From Eledone cirrhosa (taxonomy: Eukaryota), in assembly GCA_964016885.1 (NCBI GenBank), contig OZ024745.1, forward strand, positions 58,900,001-58,964,000: a stretch of DNA of 64,000 bases, given 5' to 3'. Below are positions 11,562 through 25,644 of the stretch, in pieces (position 1 is the first letter of the stretch; each line of letters starts with the position of its first letter). Position numbers and translations under genes: made by a program. Under the pieces are notes generated by a model that was not told where the DNA came from, searched no databases, and was given only the letters and a program-made list of their open reading frames with translations.

Positions 11562-12731
11562 ATAATTGACTGGTGAGGGATGGGCTATGCCAGGTTTAAA
11601 TACTCAAGCAATCAGGAGTTAAAGAACCATTCCATGGACCACACTAATTCTATCTAAAGCAATCATCAGCAACCAGCCCTCAACACAATCAAATTCTTCA
11701 ACGGTAATCCTTGCTATGATTTAAAGTTCAGTTCTTCTGCTGTTGTTGTGGTGGTTGTAGTGGTGGTGGTCGTGGTGATGGTGGTGGTGGTCGTGGTGGT
11801 GGCAGTCGTCGTCGTAGTGTGTGTGTGGGGGGGGGACGTCATGGTGGTAACTTGGGAAATCCACGTATTTTCTCGTCATCCCATTAAAACGTAATTGTGT
11901 TGATATTTAACAGATTTTGAAGAAAAATATGTATTAAAGGGCATTGTATTTTAAAATAAGAGCTCAAGAGGCTGTCAACAATGCAGTGGTGATTAATTGT
12001 AATCGGTTGATAGTACGTGCCAACGACGCCCAGATGTGACAAACTGGAACTAACTCTTCCGTGACGATATTTCTAATAAAACATTATTTCAATCAATGTT
12101 GAAAATAATTAGGAATTTAGAAGGATTTAGCAAAATAACTTTTTCATTAAGTTGGTATTTAGAACATGATTTAAAAAAAGTATTTTTATAAAATCATAAT
12201 ACACCAAAATAGATAGTATCTTTCGAAACACTCTGTATAAAGACAAGCATATATGTAGATGGCCTAACTCACCGATTTAGTTCACTTCGCACCCCAGACT
12301 TCTAGCCCTCAGCTCATTTCTTATCACTTTCAGATAATACATCCTTCCTTCATAACTAGTCACTTTCATTTATTTTTTTTCCTTTGCTTTACTTTACTCT
12401 GTAACGAGGGACAAAACTTGAAACGTTAGATTATACCATTTTTACGATGATTGAACTGATACATGTATAATAAGGACGAATTATTAAAAACGTAAACTAT
12501 CATCAGTTGGTTAAGATACCGAATTGTACTCTACATTAATTATTTCACTTACACAGTTCATTTTCACTGTAGAAACTACGTTCTGGCCAACTGACTGACA
12601 AAGATTCACTAACAAATACCAACCTCTAACAAACAGGTATACTTATTCTACCTATGGAACCACTATTTCAACGGCCTCACATTCTCTCAACTAGATGCAA
12701 CTACTATTGAGTATTAGATCTATTATCTTAA

Positions 12732-13005
12732 CCCTTCAGCATTTAAACCGGCCCCGTATCCGACTAGAATTCTCTCACCTCTTTCTGTTCAAATCAGCTG
12801 TAACTGGCTGCTCATACTGATGTTAATGTGTTGTTCTCAAAATAAATAATATCAAAATCTCATAGATTTGATATTATGTGATATAAAGCCTTTACTTGAA
12901 AAATATTATGTGATATAAAGCCTTTACTTGAAAAATATTATGTGATATAAAGCCTTTACTGTGAAAATACAATAGTAAATATAGAGTAAGGTAAATGCTA
13001 AAGGG
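12732..13005. mobile_element. piggyBac-type MITE
   Basis: TTAA on both sides (12728-12731 and 13006-13009), TIRs CCCTTCAGCATTT / AAATGCTAAAGGG, internal 32-bp repeat x3 at 12871-12961. Confidence 0.8.
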
Positions 13006-13316
13006 TTAACACAGAACAGAGCACAGCAATCATGAATGGAATAAAGGAACCCAACACCTCAGTTAGTTACCCAACACTACTGATTCGGTTAGTTAGAATT
13101 TTCAATCTAACCAATATTTATAGATTACAATTTTACAGAGGAATTTTCAACTAAAGCAACTAGCTGATTTATCATGTGAGCATAATTATATTCACTAAAC
13201 TTTGCTAAAGTTTGGCATTCAGCCAGAATATGGTGATATGTTTATTTCTGTCTGCCCCATGTGTGATAATATGGATCTATATTCTATTTACATGCGCTTC
13301 TATTTTGCATAAATGT

Positions 13317-13353
<37 letters not shown>

Positions 13354-13375
13354 CACATACACATATACATACATG

Positions 13376-13459
<84 letters not shown>

Positions 13460-13649
13460 ATCAAATCAATATCACTGATTCAGTCATTACATTCTTTCAT
13501 TAGAATAAATTTATTGTTATTGATACTATATATGATTTCTTTATAATAAACAATAGATATAGTTTCTCTTATTGGCTACTAAGACCACCCAAGACGTATG
13601 GAACAGTGCAAGATCGAAATAAAAGATACAGTTCAGGCTTACCTCAAGT

Positions 13650-14830
13650 AAAAAGGAGAGGAAATCAACTAAAACTATATACAAAATATCCTTAACGGGA
13701 AACAATACAACTCTTGTAATCGGGGCGAAATTTGACTAAAGTGGCGTATCAAAAGCAAAAATTGTATTCTCCCTGTGTCTTTCAGCCTGTTAACAATCGC
13801 CTAATCAGGTTAAACCTATTTACTTTTGCCAATTTCGCTGCTCAGACGTTCCTTTCCTTTCGCAAATCATACTGGAAGATGAAGTTTCCTCCCACAATTT
13901 CCGCATTATTTTCTAGTGGTGGTTGAAGAAATCGATAAGAGCTTGGTCAGAGAGGAAAAAGCCTCTTCTAAAACTTTTAACCACGTCCACCGTCGAACCT
14001 CCTTTGACATGACCACCAGACAGAGATAAAACTAGCCGCACTTAAACTTGTCTGGTAGCTAATTCCGTTCTTCACGAGAGATCAGCTGCTCAACACAGTG
14101 CACAAATTGGCAATGCACGAACATTGAACAAGTGCATACAGGACAGTTTCATGTCTCTGCATGCATATCAGAATGGCTCCATTGTTGGCACCTTCAAGCC
14201 TGAAAAAGATGTCTGGAAGAGACAATATATCTATGTCTTCCTGTAACACTGCCAGGACAAAGACAATGTTGCTTATAAATTTGTCTTGAACGGTTCTGCC
14301 GTCGTTGAACCCCAGAATCGTTCACAGTTCGTCATTGATACCATTTACTAAACATCGAGAGAATTCAAAAGTTGATTTTCTTCTTATCACATTTTTCAGC
14401 AGTAAACGTCTAGTTATATTCCAAATACCAAGTGCCTAACCATTGTCTGCATTTGACCCCCGACAAAATACAAGCGAAATGAAAGATGATATCCTTGATA
14501 ATTCGAGTGCGTTTATACGAACGGGTTCCGAGAGGTAGCGATTAATTTCACAATCAAACAATGCCGCTGCACATTATATCAATCTAGCCTCTAATGGCCA
14601 TAACAGAAACAAGCTGTTCTTAGAACAGCCGCCAGGTAGCGATGGTTGACTTTGTTAAAATCTTTCGACAAATTTATGTTGATCAGTGCCCCACTGAAAC
14701 CATATCTATTCTTGGTTCGATCTACAACATATCACATGAGGTGGGGATATTCGTGTGCAGCTCTGCTGTGAATCACACAAGTGTGCATGCCTCCAACTAC
14801 AATACCTCTAGGTAAGCAACTCAACCAAAA
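13650..14830 (-). pseudogene. Highly degenerate Tx1/L1-like RT fragment
   Basis: Minus-strand HL..YVVDR....GFSGALIN matches HLLRYFIERVGCRPGFGGALIN of the 46-49 kb element. Boundaries are approximate. Confidence 0.65.
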
Positions 14831-14984
14831 TCTTCAACAATGGGCTGTTCTCGGAGTATGTTGCGACTCTGCCTATGTAACCTGCCATTTATTCCTAGTC
14901 TTGTTTTTGGTAGGTTCACATATTCATGAGAAACCTTTTCGATCGTTCAATATGTTGTTGTTGGTGTTTTGTCGCTGTAGTTAT

Positions 14985-15172
14985 ATTAATTGTTTCTACT
15001 TTAGGCACAAGGCCAGCAATTTGAAGAGGAAAGGAAAGTCGATTAAGTCGATTAAATCATTACTGGTGCTTTATTTTATCGACTAACCTCGGCGAGATTT
15101 GAACTCAGAACGTAAAGGGCTGTAACTATATGCGGCAAAGCAGGATGTCCGATACTGCCAATCCACTGCCCT
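14985..15172 (-). mobile_element. tRNA-derived SINE
   Basis: Reverse complement of the family consensus ending ggccttgtgcctaaagtagaaacaatt. Confidence 0.8.
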
Positions 15173-15727
15173 TGCTGTAGCTATAATAATAGCAATGATA
15201 ATATTGATTCATCATGATCTTTATCATCTTTATCCATATTAATGCAATTGTCAGCATTGTCGCTATTATAAACAAATATTTTTCCTACTAATTTATGTAT
15301 TTCCATTTATAACTACACACACACATATATATATATATATATGAGTAGGATGAGACAGATTTACAGATTGCTGGGGAAAGAAATGAAGATTGAAAGAATG
15401 GAAAAGAAGATGTAGCGGAAAGAATCTCTATTGATAGATTAGTTCATTTGACAGCTGAAGAGCTAAAAAGTCTAGAGTAAAGCAGTTTTATAACTGAACA
15501 AGAAATAATGAACGTTTACATGCTGCAGGATAAACTAATCAAATATATGAAATATATGAAACAGCTTCGCTTGAAAGAAATGCTTTAAAAATATCTACAA
15601 GTCGTGTAACAGAGGAGTCAACGTTTGTAAACACACTGCCATTAACATCTGCTCACTTAGATGTGCTCCCACTGTCGTCACTCTTTCCTGGGAAATATAT
15701 TGTACCAGTTTCAATATTAAATCACCA

Positions 15728-15955
15728 GGGCAGTGGATTATCACTATTAGTAGAGTGTCGGACACCATACTTAGCGGTATAGGGTTACGGCCCTTTACGT
15801 TCTGAGTTTAAATCCCGCCAAGGTTAGCGTTGCCTTTCATCCGTACGGGATAGATAAAATAAAGCACCAGTCATGGATTGAGGTCGATTTAATCGACTTT
15901 CCCCCCTCCTCCCTTTCAAATTGCTGGCCTTGTGCCTAAAGTACAAACAATTATT
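15728..15955 (+). mobile_element. tRNA-derived SINE
   Basis: tRNA-like head, ctgagtttaaatcccgcc, core gcctttcatccgtacggg..gataaaataaag.accagt, and tail. Confidence 0.8.
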
Positions 15956-16454
15956 AAATCACCAGATGGTGTCCACTTTCTCATATTTAACTCTGGTTTG
16001 TTTTAAATTCCATCTCGCTTTCATGAAATTTCTTATTTAAGTCAACAGAATTACTGTACCTCTACTCTTTATTCATACATGTTTATCATTTATGAAGGTG
16101 AACTGAATGGTTCATAGGCTGACTATCGTAAAATTATAAGAATTACTTTTCTAAAGGTTGTTATCTCTTAATGATCAAATGTTTTATAAAGTGTAGTAAC
16201 TCTTTAGTGATCAAGCGTATAGTTTCTTGTTTCAGAACATTTATCAAACAGGTCATTCTCTTATAATAGTTACGGTACATATTAAAGGGTGGTGCGCGAT
16301 CGAGAGGAGAATGTATATGTACAAAAAGCATGCTAATCAAATAAAATCAATTGATGACAAGAAATAAGCATCTCTATATCATTTATTATTGGTTTAAAAA
16401 AGGGGGTGAGGTGAGGATATGGGGTGAGGTGATCATATCAAACCAATTGAAGAT

Positions 16455-16672
16455 AATAATTGTTTCTGCTATAGACACAAGGCCAGCAATTTTGGAGGAG
16501 AAAGTCAATTAAATCTACCCCAGTGCATTACTGGTATTTTATTTTTATCGACCTCATAAGGATTAAAGGCAAAGTTAACCTCGGCGGGATTTGAACTCAA
16601 AACGTAAAAGGCCGTAACTCTATGCCGCAAAGCATGTTGTCCAACGCTCTACCGATACTGCCAATCACCCGC
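16455..16672 (-). mobile_element. tRNA-derived SINE
   Basis: Same family on the reverse strand. Confidence 0.8.
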
Positions 16673-18589
16673 CCAAGTGGTATATAAGTCAGATGTTAAA
16701 AAGGAGGGGTCAGAAAAGCAAAAACAAACAGGTGTTTGTATGGGGTGTATATGTATATGTTTGTGTGTGTATGTTCTTCTGAACGTGTGTGTATGTACGT
16801 CTGCATGTCTGTGTGTGTGTGTGTGTGTACCCATGTCTATGCGTATGTGGATGTACGTGAATGTATGTGGATGTACGCGTCACATACTTTTATAACAAAA
16901 ACAAATCCACATAACACTCCGTGTATCAGTACTCCGTCCCTACAACTCAGTTAGGAGTTAAAGGATCATTACACGATTCCTTGGGTATATTGTACGTATC
17001 ACATAAACAATCTTTCGAGAAGTCATACTACGTTTGTTTTGTAGAGCTTTCCTCAAATTGGAGAGCTGCCTCTGTTTGCTTGCAACAGAGTGGTGAGAGC
17101 TAAAAGCAACCAAGTTGCACTTAATCTAACACTCGTGTAAGCCATGATAGATCTTCAATTCAGAATGCAAAGAACCGGAACAACTAGCGCAATATATTTT
17201 CATTCCGATGCTCTTACGAGCCTATCAGTCCAATTCCCTAGACTAGCCCTTTATTTATCAACCCGGGATTGTTGAAAGGCCAAAATGACTTCAGAACGAT
17301 TTGAATACTGAACAGGAGCCATAATAAAGACCGCAAGACATTTTGTCTGTTGCTATAGCAATTCTGCAAGTTTGTTGTTGTTTAGCCTCGGAACAGCCCA
17401 AATGGCATTTCAGCTACGATCATCGCGTATTTTTGTATATAAATTCTATGTATTGTTTTGTTTCTTTTCTAAGATTATAGGTTAGGATTTGAGAGAGTTT
17501 TTACTACAATTTCTAGCAAGTCGAAGGACTGCGTTTAGGCTTTGTCGTTAGCTACATTCTGTGAAACAACCAGATGTTTGCCATAAATATTCCAGGTGTG
17601 CCGTGACAAAATGGTATAATTTCATGAGTTTAATTATTTTATACGTTTGCAAAACTTGTGATTGTTTAGCTTGGAAATTAACTTCATGTTTTAATTAAAC
17701 ATTCTCTCCAGTTGACTTGGAACTGAACTGTATTTTCATAATATACGATTATATAGATAGACAATTAAGTGGTATGTCATTCTAAAAATATATACACAGT
17801 ATTTAGTTTCGTTGTCTGGTCTAAGTTCAAAACTCACTGTTGACTTTAGAAATAAGTACTAGAAATACATTACACAGTAACTTTAGAAAAATTGACTGTC
17901 TGCCAAGTTAAAGGAAATTCTAACTTTCCCTTCAGCTTTGTAATATAATAATGTTTTCAGATCCACAAACATAATAATATTGATATGTGAGTTAGATTTG
18001 TGCTGGTATCTAAAATATATGTTATGATGCATAGGCATCTAATAACATATACTATGCATGGCATATAATCTATACTTAGTATATATTATATGATATCTAG
18101 GTTAGATCGTTAAGTACCCAGGAGAGAATAGTTGGTGTGTCTGATAACTAGACGGAAATAAATGTTAAATTGAATGAAAATAGCAGAAACCGGCCGCAAT
18201 ATAAGATAGAGATGATAGTAACAGAAAAATATATTTCTGTTACTCTATGGAATGCTGGGAAATAGTAGTATTCACATGTATGTGTATCTATATATATCGT
18301 TGCATATTGACATTTTATATGGTTTTGTGTGAGTCGGTCTATGGCTATATATGATTGTGTGTGTTTTTCTTCGATGAAGAGAGTACTTTTCAATGTTACA
18401 TCTTTCTATTGATAGCTCACGAACTAGTAGCCCCCACCCCACCCAGAAATATATATTTGACTGAAATGCATCCTGTAACTGAGGAAGCTGCTTATTATGA
18501 TCATGGATAATGTTATTAACTGATAATTCTTATTAAAAAAACGTCATCGTCACAAAGGGATCTCCCTAAATGGTTTCTACTATATATAT

Positions 18590-18866
18590 ATTTTGCACAA
18601 GCGAATACTGAGAAAGTTCCAGAGCATCTCCTGGAAAGCACACGTAACAAATAATTCGCTCGACGGCTCACATCCTCGCCTTTCAGACACAATGAATCTA
18701 CTAACAGAGTTCTTCTCTGGAAACCAGATATATGCAGACGAGTTGGGAGACCAAACATCACACTGGAGGATGTCCTTGAAGATGACACTGTGTTGGAAGC
18801 AAGATAACTTCACATGGTTATTCTTGACAGGGTAAACTGGAGGAGGAACTTCGTCACAAATGCGTA

Positions 18867-18868
<2 letters not shown>
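18590..18868 (+). pseudogene. Degenerate RTE/RTEX-like LINE 3' fragment
   Basis: RILRKFQSISWKAHVTN resembles the RT C-terminal LR.I..ISW...VTN motif. Confidence 0.5.
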
Positions 18869-18949
<81 letters not shown>

Positions 18950-19006
18950 CTCTCAGTTCAATTCAGTTAATATGGCCGAACTGATGAACTGAGAGGGTCT
19001 TAGATC

Positions 19007-19079
<73 letters not shown>

Positions 19080-19121
19080 AAATATGATAATAATGGAGCT
19101 GCGGCGTTGCAAATGGGTTAC

Positions 19122-19489
19122 ATATGAAAAAGTAGGTCCTTCATCAGTGGCCTTCCAACCGTCCTAGGCATTTCATCACTTTAAAGGCCATATACCTCAG
19201 GTTGGTGCGAACAACGGCTAAAAAAAGTCGTTGGGACACGTAAATAAAGGGGACGCTGGGATGAACAAACAAAATGGTTTAAGCAACAGAAAGTGAGAAG
19301 AAAGAGACAAGTCCCAGATTTCTATGAATATAAACTCGGTGAAATCGTGAACGAGAGACTAAAGACCATCAAACCTGGTTGAAATGTGAGCAAGGAAGGA
19401 ATTTCGCACAGGTCTAACCTGAGATATATGGCCTTTAAAGTGATGAAATGCCTAGGACGGTTGGAAGGCCACTGATGAAGGACTTACTT

Positions 19490-19497
<8 letters not shown>
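19122..19497. repeat. Inverted-repeat element (arms about 19122-19203 and 19417-19497) between microsatellites
   Basis: The arms are near-exact reverse complements and contain CTGATGAagg, but I could not build a complete hammerhead. Confidence 0.7.
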
Positions 19498-19542
<45 letters not shown>

Positions 19543-19919
19543 CAAATTTACTGCAAAACTGCATAATCATAATAAAATGGACATAGCAACAAATAGAGAA
19601 AATGTGAAAGAATAGTACAGAAACTAAGACGGAGACCTACAGAGACGATATATACGAACAGAACTGACGGAAAGACGAAGCAAAGCATTAGAGGAACTTA
19701 CCCAACCATCAGATAACTTTTGTGAACATTTTCACAGTTTCAATGCCTAAGACACAGCACCGCTAAAAGGTCTCGCAGTGTACAAAGAAACTAGTCTTAG
19801 CACAGTCTGGAAAAATAGAAAAGACATAAAAACGAGGAGAAAGTAAGATATATGCTACAGAGGTGTCAAGGACGAAGCGTTGTGAAAACTTTCATGGAAT
19901 TGACAAAATAAATAGCTAT

Positions 19920-20092
19920 ATAATTGTTTCTTCTTTTGTCACAAGGCCAGCAATTATCCAGTGCATTACTGGTACCTTATTTTATCAACGCCGAAAGGCA
20001 AAGTTAACCTCGGCGGGATTTGAACTCAGAATGGCAAGGACCGTAACTCTATGCGTCAAAGCATGGCGTCCGACCCTCTACCGATACTGCCA
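19920..20092 (-). mobile_element. tRNA-derived SINE
   Basis: Same family on the reverse strand. Confidence 0.8.
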
Positions 20093-20310
20093 TAGTAATC
20101 ATACATTCATATCAAGTCTTTTGACTGAATGAAATAGCGCAAGCTGAAGAAAATACGAGTCTTAGAGCAAGAGAGACGGAGAGGGTAAAAAGGTGTATAC
20201 GGTTATTACGATCATCACTACAACAAAGGAAGATATTATTAGCAACTGAAGTGGCAAAACAGGATGAGAATACATGTATACACACACAAACACATTATGC
20301 GTAACCTACA

Positions 20311-20344
<34 letters not shown>

Positions 20345-21493
20345 GCACATATATATAAAGAAAAGAAATTGAAAATGCAACTGGAGTTTTTAAGAGTATT
20401 TATTTATATATATATATATAACGCGCAACCTACAATAAATATATATACATATGTCGGGGTGTAAGCTTATGTTGGAACGTTGTAACAAATGTCGCTGCTG
20501 TTCATCAGTTGAGATATAAAACAAAAATAAATATCGTTATGTAGATAGAAAGCCATTGCTTAGTTTGAAGAGTATATGATACCAGAATACAAATTTTGTT
20601 CATATCAAATAGCTAAATATATTCTGTGCAAACATTTAATTCATATATATGAGTTCTAAACTTATTCCTCAGGCATTACCTCAGCGAGATTTTTAGAATC
20701 TATTTGCCATAACCTGGAGACAGAAAGTTTCCTTTAAAACTAAATGTTTTTAGCAGTTCAACTTACACATTTGTTTTGGATATACGTAAAAATACCATAT
20801 GTACATGTACACAGTACCAAGAAAATATTCTTATATTTAGCCACCTGCCTTCAATTGGTTCTTAATATTTTCAGAGACATAAACGAAACCATACAATCAA
20901 GCAAACTACTTCATACTAATATATGCGCATACATACGTGTGTGTGTGTGTATGCGCATACATATATATGTGGGTGCCTTCGAGTGTGTGAAGGTATGTGT
21001 TCGAGTTGTCAGAATCTGGGTTCCCGGTCGTAATGTCATGGGTTCGATTCCTGGACTGAGTGGTGCATTTTATCTTTGATCAAGTCACTTCCTTTTACCT
21101 TACTTCAGTTCAGTTAGTTGAAAAATAAAATGAGTTCTAAAAACAGCTGGGGTAGGGTTAGCCTTGCGTCAAACTGAGATCCAATATAGGAAGGAATTCT
21201 CGAAAGAAACCAGGATAAGCTTCGGCTGGGGAAAGTCTTTAACATTTATATAAGGTAAATTTTGACTTTTCATCTTGCTGGAATCAATAAATAGCATACC
21301 ACGCTTGGTGGACTGGTGGAGTATAAAATATCTTGACGAGATGTTATATAGTATCTGACCCGGCCGTGCGCGTTCTGAATGCAATTGCCGCCTCCTACCA
21401 GGAGTTGCGACCGGCAAGTGGTATGAGCAATAAAAATATCAATATGATAATAGCTTCCTTGGCCTAATCTAACGATTGATTCTTTATATATAT

Positions 21494-21532
<39 letters not shown>

Positions 21533-21574
21533 CAATATTAAATAAATGGAAAACTATATTTATAAAACCATATT

Positions 21575-21640
21575 TATTTCATTATATATATTTCGGGGAT
21601 ATCATATTAACAATATGCTATGCCTTCATCAGACAAAATA
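21575..21640 (-). ncRNA. Type I hammerhead in the 3' pLTR
   Basis: Minus strand: tattttgt-CTGATGA-aggcatagcatattgttaatatgatatcccc-GAAA-tatata-TA-atgaaata. Confidence 0.8.
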
Positions 21641-23185
21641 CAATATAAACAGTTTTATAGATAAATATATTCGACATACCGTAATAAACATCAACTTCAT
21701 TTGAAGAGGTTCACTCTAGCAGTGAAAATACAGAGAGAAAGAAAGAGAGAGAGAAAAGAGGGAAATAAGAAAGAAAGAAAGACAAAACGAAGAAAAGGAA
21801 GAAAAAGAAGAAAAAAAAGAAGAAATGCATGGGACAAAATAGAGAGATGGAAAAATAGATAAAGCGAAGAGCTTCATGTAAAGAGACCGAAAGAGATATA
21901 TATATATATATAGAGAGAGAGAGGAAATAGAGATAGATACATATATAAATATAGATATAGAAAAATTAGGTAGTGGGAGGTCATTTTGAGTAAGTGTATC
22001 AATGATGCATTTATTTATTTATTTATTTATTTAGCTCAAGTATTAATGTAAGGGAGATATATAGAGAGACATAGAGAGATATAGAGAGAGAAAAATTTAA
22101 AAATAGCCAGACATATTCGAGGCGTAGAAAACCCTATGTTTTAATGTATTAGTATTTATAAAACTTACACTATATTGTAAATATCAGTATTCCTGAATGA
22201 AACAAGTATTCACAATGCGTGAAAATTCATTATCTTATGTTTAGTTTTTTAAAAAAAATTCATATGTCTATGTGAATCCAACTGATTCACTCCGCAAATT
22301 CAAAGTTACCGGAAAACATTCTCAATGTGGTATAAAAATTTGAGCGTATTATTATTCTTGCGATTACTCTACAAGATTATCTATCAAGCAGAAATAGAGA
22401 GCAGATTTCAATATACTAATCGAAAATATATATCATATTATAAGCAGAGATAACAATAATAATGATAATAAGTAAAAATATATAAAAATATAAAAATATA
22501 GAATAGAAAACTAAAAAAAAAGAATATTACGAAAGAATATTACATAATAAAAATATTGCATATTAAAAATACTACGTATTAAAAATATTACGTATTAAAA
22601 CTTTACATATAAAAATATTAAAAATAAAAATTTACATATAAAAATATTAAAAATAAAAAATAAAATAAAATAAAAAATAAAAATATAAAAATATTATAGA
22701 ATACTACAATACTAAAAGAATAAAAATAAAAATAAAAATAAAAATAAAAATAAAAATAAAAATAAAAATAAAAATGAAAATAAAAATAAACCACAAAGAA
22801 CAACCCTTCAAGGTTAATTGACAATATATTGCCAAGTTCACTATAAGACAAAGCCAAAAATTATCTATCAAATCACATCTAGCAAGGAATATCGCAAAAA
22901 AGATTATGATGTCCAATAATGTCTACATATGTTCCTATATTTAATATATAAGTTTATCAAGTGTAAGGTTAATTCAGAAAATTTGGAGCATCGGCTTTTA
23001 GGGTAGCTTAATTTTTCATGAGGAATGTTTAGATAAAAATAAAAATAAAAATAAAAATAAAAATAAAAATAAAAATAAATAAAATAAAATAAACAATAAA
23101 AAGAGTAAAAAGAGGGAATCAAAGATTTAGGAATCAAAAGATTTATCGGCTAGTTCTCATATAAATATAAATCAAACTAAATATA

Positions 23186-25399
23186 CTATATTTTAAATTT
23201 AAATTTATATTTAAACGTTGAGTTTAATCTATGTTTGCAACAACTGAATAAATTTGTCCGTAGGTTAAGGGAATTTTTAGATTTTAGTATAAAGAATATC
23301 TCCTCTGCGCAGAGGTCACATGTCTCAGAGGATGAATTAAAAGGAATCCCTCTTGAGACTATATTCCAAGCCGTCGAATATCTAACGTTATCTAACTTAA
23401 GTTGCCAGAGTACACCTGATAGTGCCGTTGAAGATTTTTTATTTGGATCTGTGAAAGAATTCTTGTGGTTATTATAGCGAAGTTTAAATTCCGTCGATGT
23501 GGAACCGACGTAGTTAAAAGAATTAGAGTCAGTATTAACATTACAATTGTATACTATATTTTTAACTAAGCAGTTGTTATTTAACGGACATTTAGATCTA
23601 TCTCTACAGTTACATTTGTTAACTTGTATATTATTTATGCTATTATCAGTAGGTTTTAAGTTCCTATTATTTATTCTATTAATATTTTGTGCTAAATTTT
23701 TGGTGGATGAGTAGGTTAATTTAATTGTATGCCTATTGAAGATTGAGTGGTACCTATGTGTTCCAGGGAAGCGATTATCAAGAGCTTTGAAAAATAATTT
23801 AGCGATGTGGGTTTTAATGTTTAGTGAGAAAGGGGGGGCAAACCAAATTATGTTCCTAGTTCTATTTCTTTTTTGTCCTTTGGAATTATTGTAATGCTTT
23901 CTATTATAGTTGTTAATGTTGTTGCCATAATTAAAAAAGTTGTTACTTTGTTTAGTTTGTTTATCATTATCTATGTACACAATCTTATCAGCATACCCTG
24001 CCCTAGCTAGTGCATCATTATAGTATTGGGCCTTTTCGTCAAAAATCTTTCTATTCGACGAGATCCTAGAGACACGTTTTTGGACTGAGTTTACTATAGT
24101 GTTTTTGACAGATCTGGGGTGGTTAGAGTTAAAGTTGACATAGTTTAAGTTTTCATTCAACTTGTGAAAAGGATAGTGGAGACATGTGTTGAGATTTAAT
24201 GTTATATCTAGGAAATTGACTATTCTATGGTTGTTCTCAATTTCTATTTTAAGGTTAAAGTAATTAAAAAATTTTGTAATTTGTTTACATTTTCTATTTA
24301 GTTCAGGGTTATTATTATTAATAAGTAAAAGCATGTCATCCCTATATAAACCTCCGGTAGTACCAGGTATTTTCCTATGTAGCGAATTGATTAAAAATAA
24401 GCCCACAAGGTCAGTTACTTGAGCTGAGTCGGAAGATCCCATAGTTATGTCAAAATTGCTATCTCTATCTGCTCTGGTCCATAATTTGTCATCAAATTCT
24501 ATCAAAGTTTTCCTAGCCGATAATATAATATGCATTTCTTTGCTAGTTAGGTCCGTATGTTTGAATGCGTAATTTAGTGCCTTATTTAGTAGACTAGGGG
24601 TAATAGAAGAATAATAGTTAGCTATATCAAGTTGAATAAACCTATTATTATTGTCATATTTAATTTGCCTAAACCACTCAACAACCTCTCCAGTTCCCTT
24701 CCACAAGCTCAGGTTAGATACATAATCCAAGTTCTTAATTTGCAGTATCACCCTGTCAAGAATGTTTTTGCTTAATTTGCCCAGGTCCGATTTTGAAGGT
24801 GCGATCAATCTAACTGGCAGGTCAATCTCAAAATTCCTCTTGTGGTCCTTCATATTGATCTTCGGTTTCCTGGGCACGAAAGGTTGTGTTCTGTTCTCAA
24901 TTTCCAACTCATGCATTATACAAGATGCTTCAACATTCATTTTCACAAGTTCGGTCTTATCTGCTACCTTGTATTTTTTCCTCAGCTCTTTCAGTATGAG
25001 GCCATTATACATGTCTTTCTGCACTCCATAGAGGTTCTTGGTCTTGTCAGATTTCACCAAGATCTTCTCAGTTTTCTCTAAGCTCTCAATGTTATCCTTA
25101 ATGCCTTTCAGATATTCCTGGCCTTTAAAGTTTCTCTTGAATTTGACCCCTTGTATGATAGAAATTATATCGTTTTCAAAGTCAGATAAAAGTTTGTTAG
25201 GGGGTGGATTTCTTTTAGATTTGAAAACTTTGTTTAAGTCCGAGATATTTTCGTCTGCATTAAATTTATCAAAGTGGAATGCACGCCACCTGATTCTCCT
25301 TATAAAAGAGTCAGATTTATCTATTAGTTGTTTTACAAAGTCTTTGTTTCTAGGTAGAGGTATGTCTTTTAGAGAGGAAGTAATCTTAAAGAATTCCAT
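23186..25399 (-). CDS. PLE polyprotein: reverse transcriptase plus C-terminal GIY-YIG endonuclease (737 aa)
   Basis: VKSDKT, QLDIANYYSSI, MGSSDSAQVTDLVG, LYRDD, VNFLDITL, SNHP, Cys-rich linker CNCR..CPL..C, IVY...YVGST, RYNNH, CDLC..E, LN.R. Confidence 0.95.
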   Translation of the reverse strand: MEFFKITSSLKDIPLPRNKDFVKQLIDKSDSFIRRIRWRAFHFDKFNADENISDLNKVFKSKRNPPPNKLLSDFENDIISIIQGVKFKRNFKGQEYLKGIKDNIESLEKTEKILVKSDKTKNLYGVQKDMYNGLILKELRKKYKVADKTELVKMNVEASCIMHELEIENRTQPFVPRKPKINMKDHKRNFEIDLPVRLIAPSKSDLGKLSKNILDRVILQIKNLDYVSNLSLWKGTGEVVEWFRQIKYDNNNRFIQLDIANYYSSITPSLLNKALNYAFKHTDLTSKEMHIILSARKTLIEFDDKLWTRADRDSNFDITMGSSDSAQVTDLVGLFLINSLHRKIPGTTGGLYRDDMLLLINNNNPELNRKCKQITKFFNYFNLKIEIENNHRIVNFLDITLNLNTCLHYPFHKLNENLNYVNFNSNHPRSVKNTIVNSVQKRVSRISSNRKIFDEKAQYYNDALARAGYADKIVYIDNDKQTKQSNNFFNYGNNINNYNRKHYNNSKGQKRNRTRNIIWFAPPFSLNIKTHIAKLFFKALDNRFPGTHRYHSIFNRHTIKLTYSSTKNLAQNINRINNRNLKPTDNSINNIQVNKCNCRDRSKCPLNNNCLVKNIVYNCNVNTDSNSFNYVGSTSTEFKLRYNNHKNSFTDPNKKSSTALSGVLWQLKLDNVRYSTAWNIVSRGIPFNSSSETCDLCAEEIFFILKSKNSLNLRTNLFSCCKHRLNSTFKYKFKFKI

Positions 25400-25578
25400 T
25401 TTTCAGTTATAATATAAAGCGCTCAACAGTATTGGAGCAAGATACATGTAAAGTTATATTTAAAATTGTTGGGTTACAACTAGTAAATATTTATAACTGA
25501 TATAAAAGCACTCGACAAATACTTGGAGTATATTTACAATATTAAATAAATGGAAAACTATATTTATAAAACCATATT

Positions 25579-25644
25579 TATTTCATTATATATATTTCGG
25601 GGATATCATATTAACAATATGCTATGCCTTCATCAGACAAAATA
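25579..25644 (-). ncRNA. Type I hammerhead in the 5' pLTR
   Basis: Identical to 21575-21640 and located about 180 nt upstream of the ORF start. Confidence 0.8.

Noticed and set aside
12396-12432. ctctgtaacga-gggacaaaactt-GAAAcgtt
   Set aside because: The core is too degenerate to call a ribozyme.
12871-12961. 32-bp direct repeats resembling a CRISPR array
   Set aside because: There are no spacers; it is a plain tandem repeat inside a MITE in eukaryotic DNA.
18948-18997. Small hairpin containing CTGATGA
   Set aside because: No GAAA or helix III, and too short to assign.
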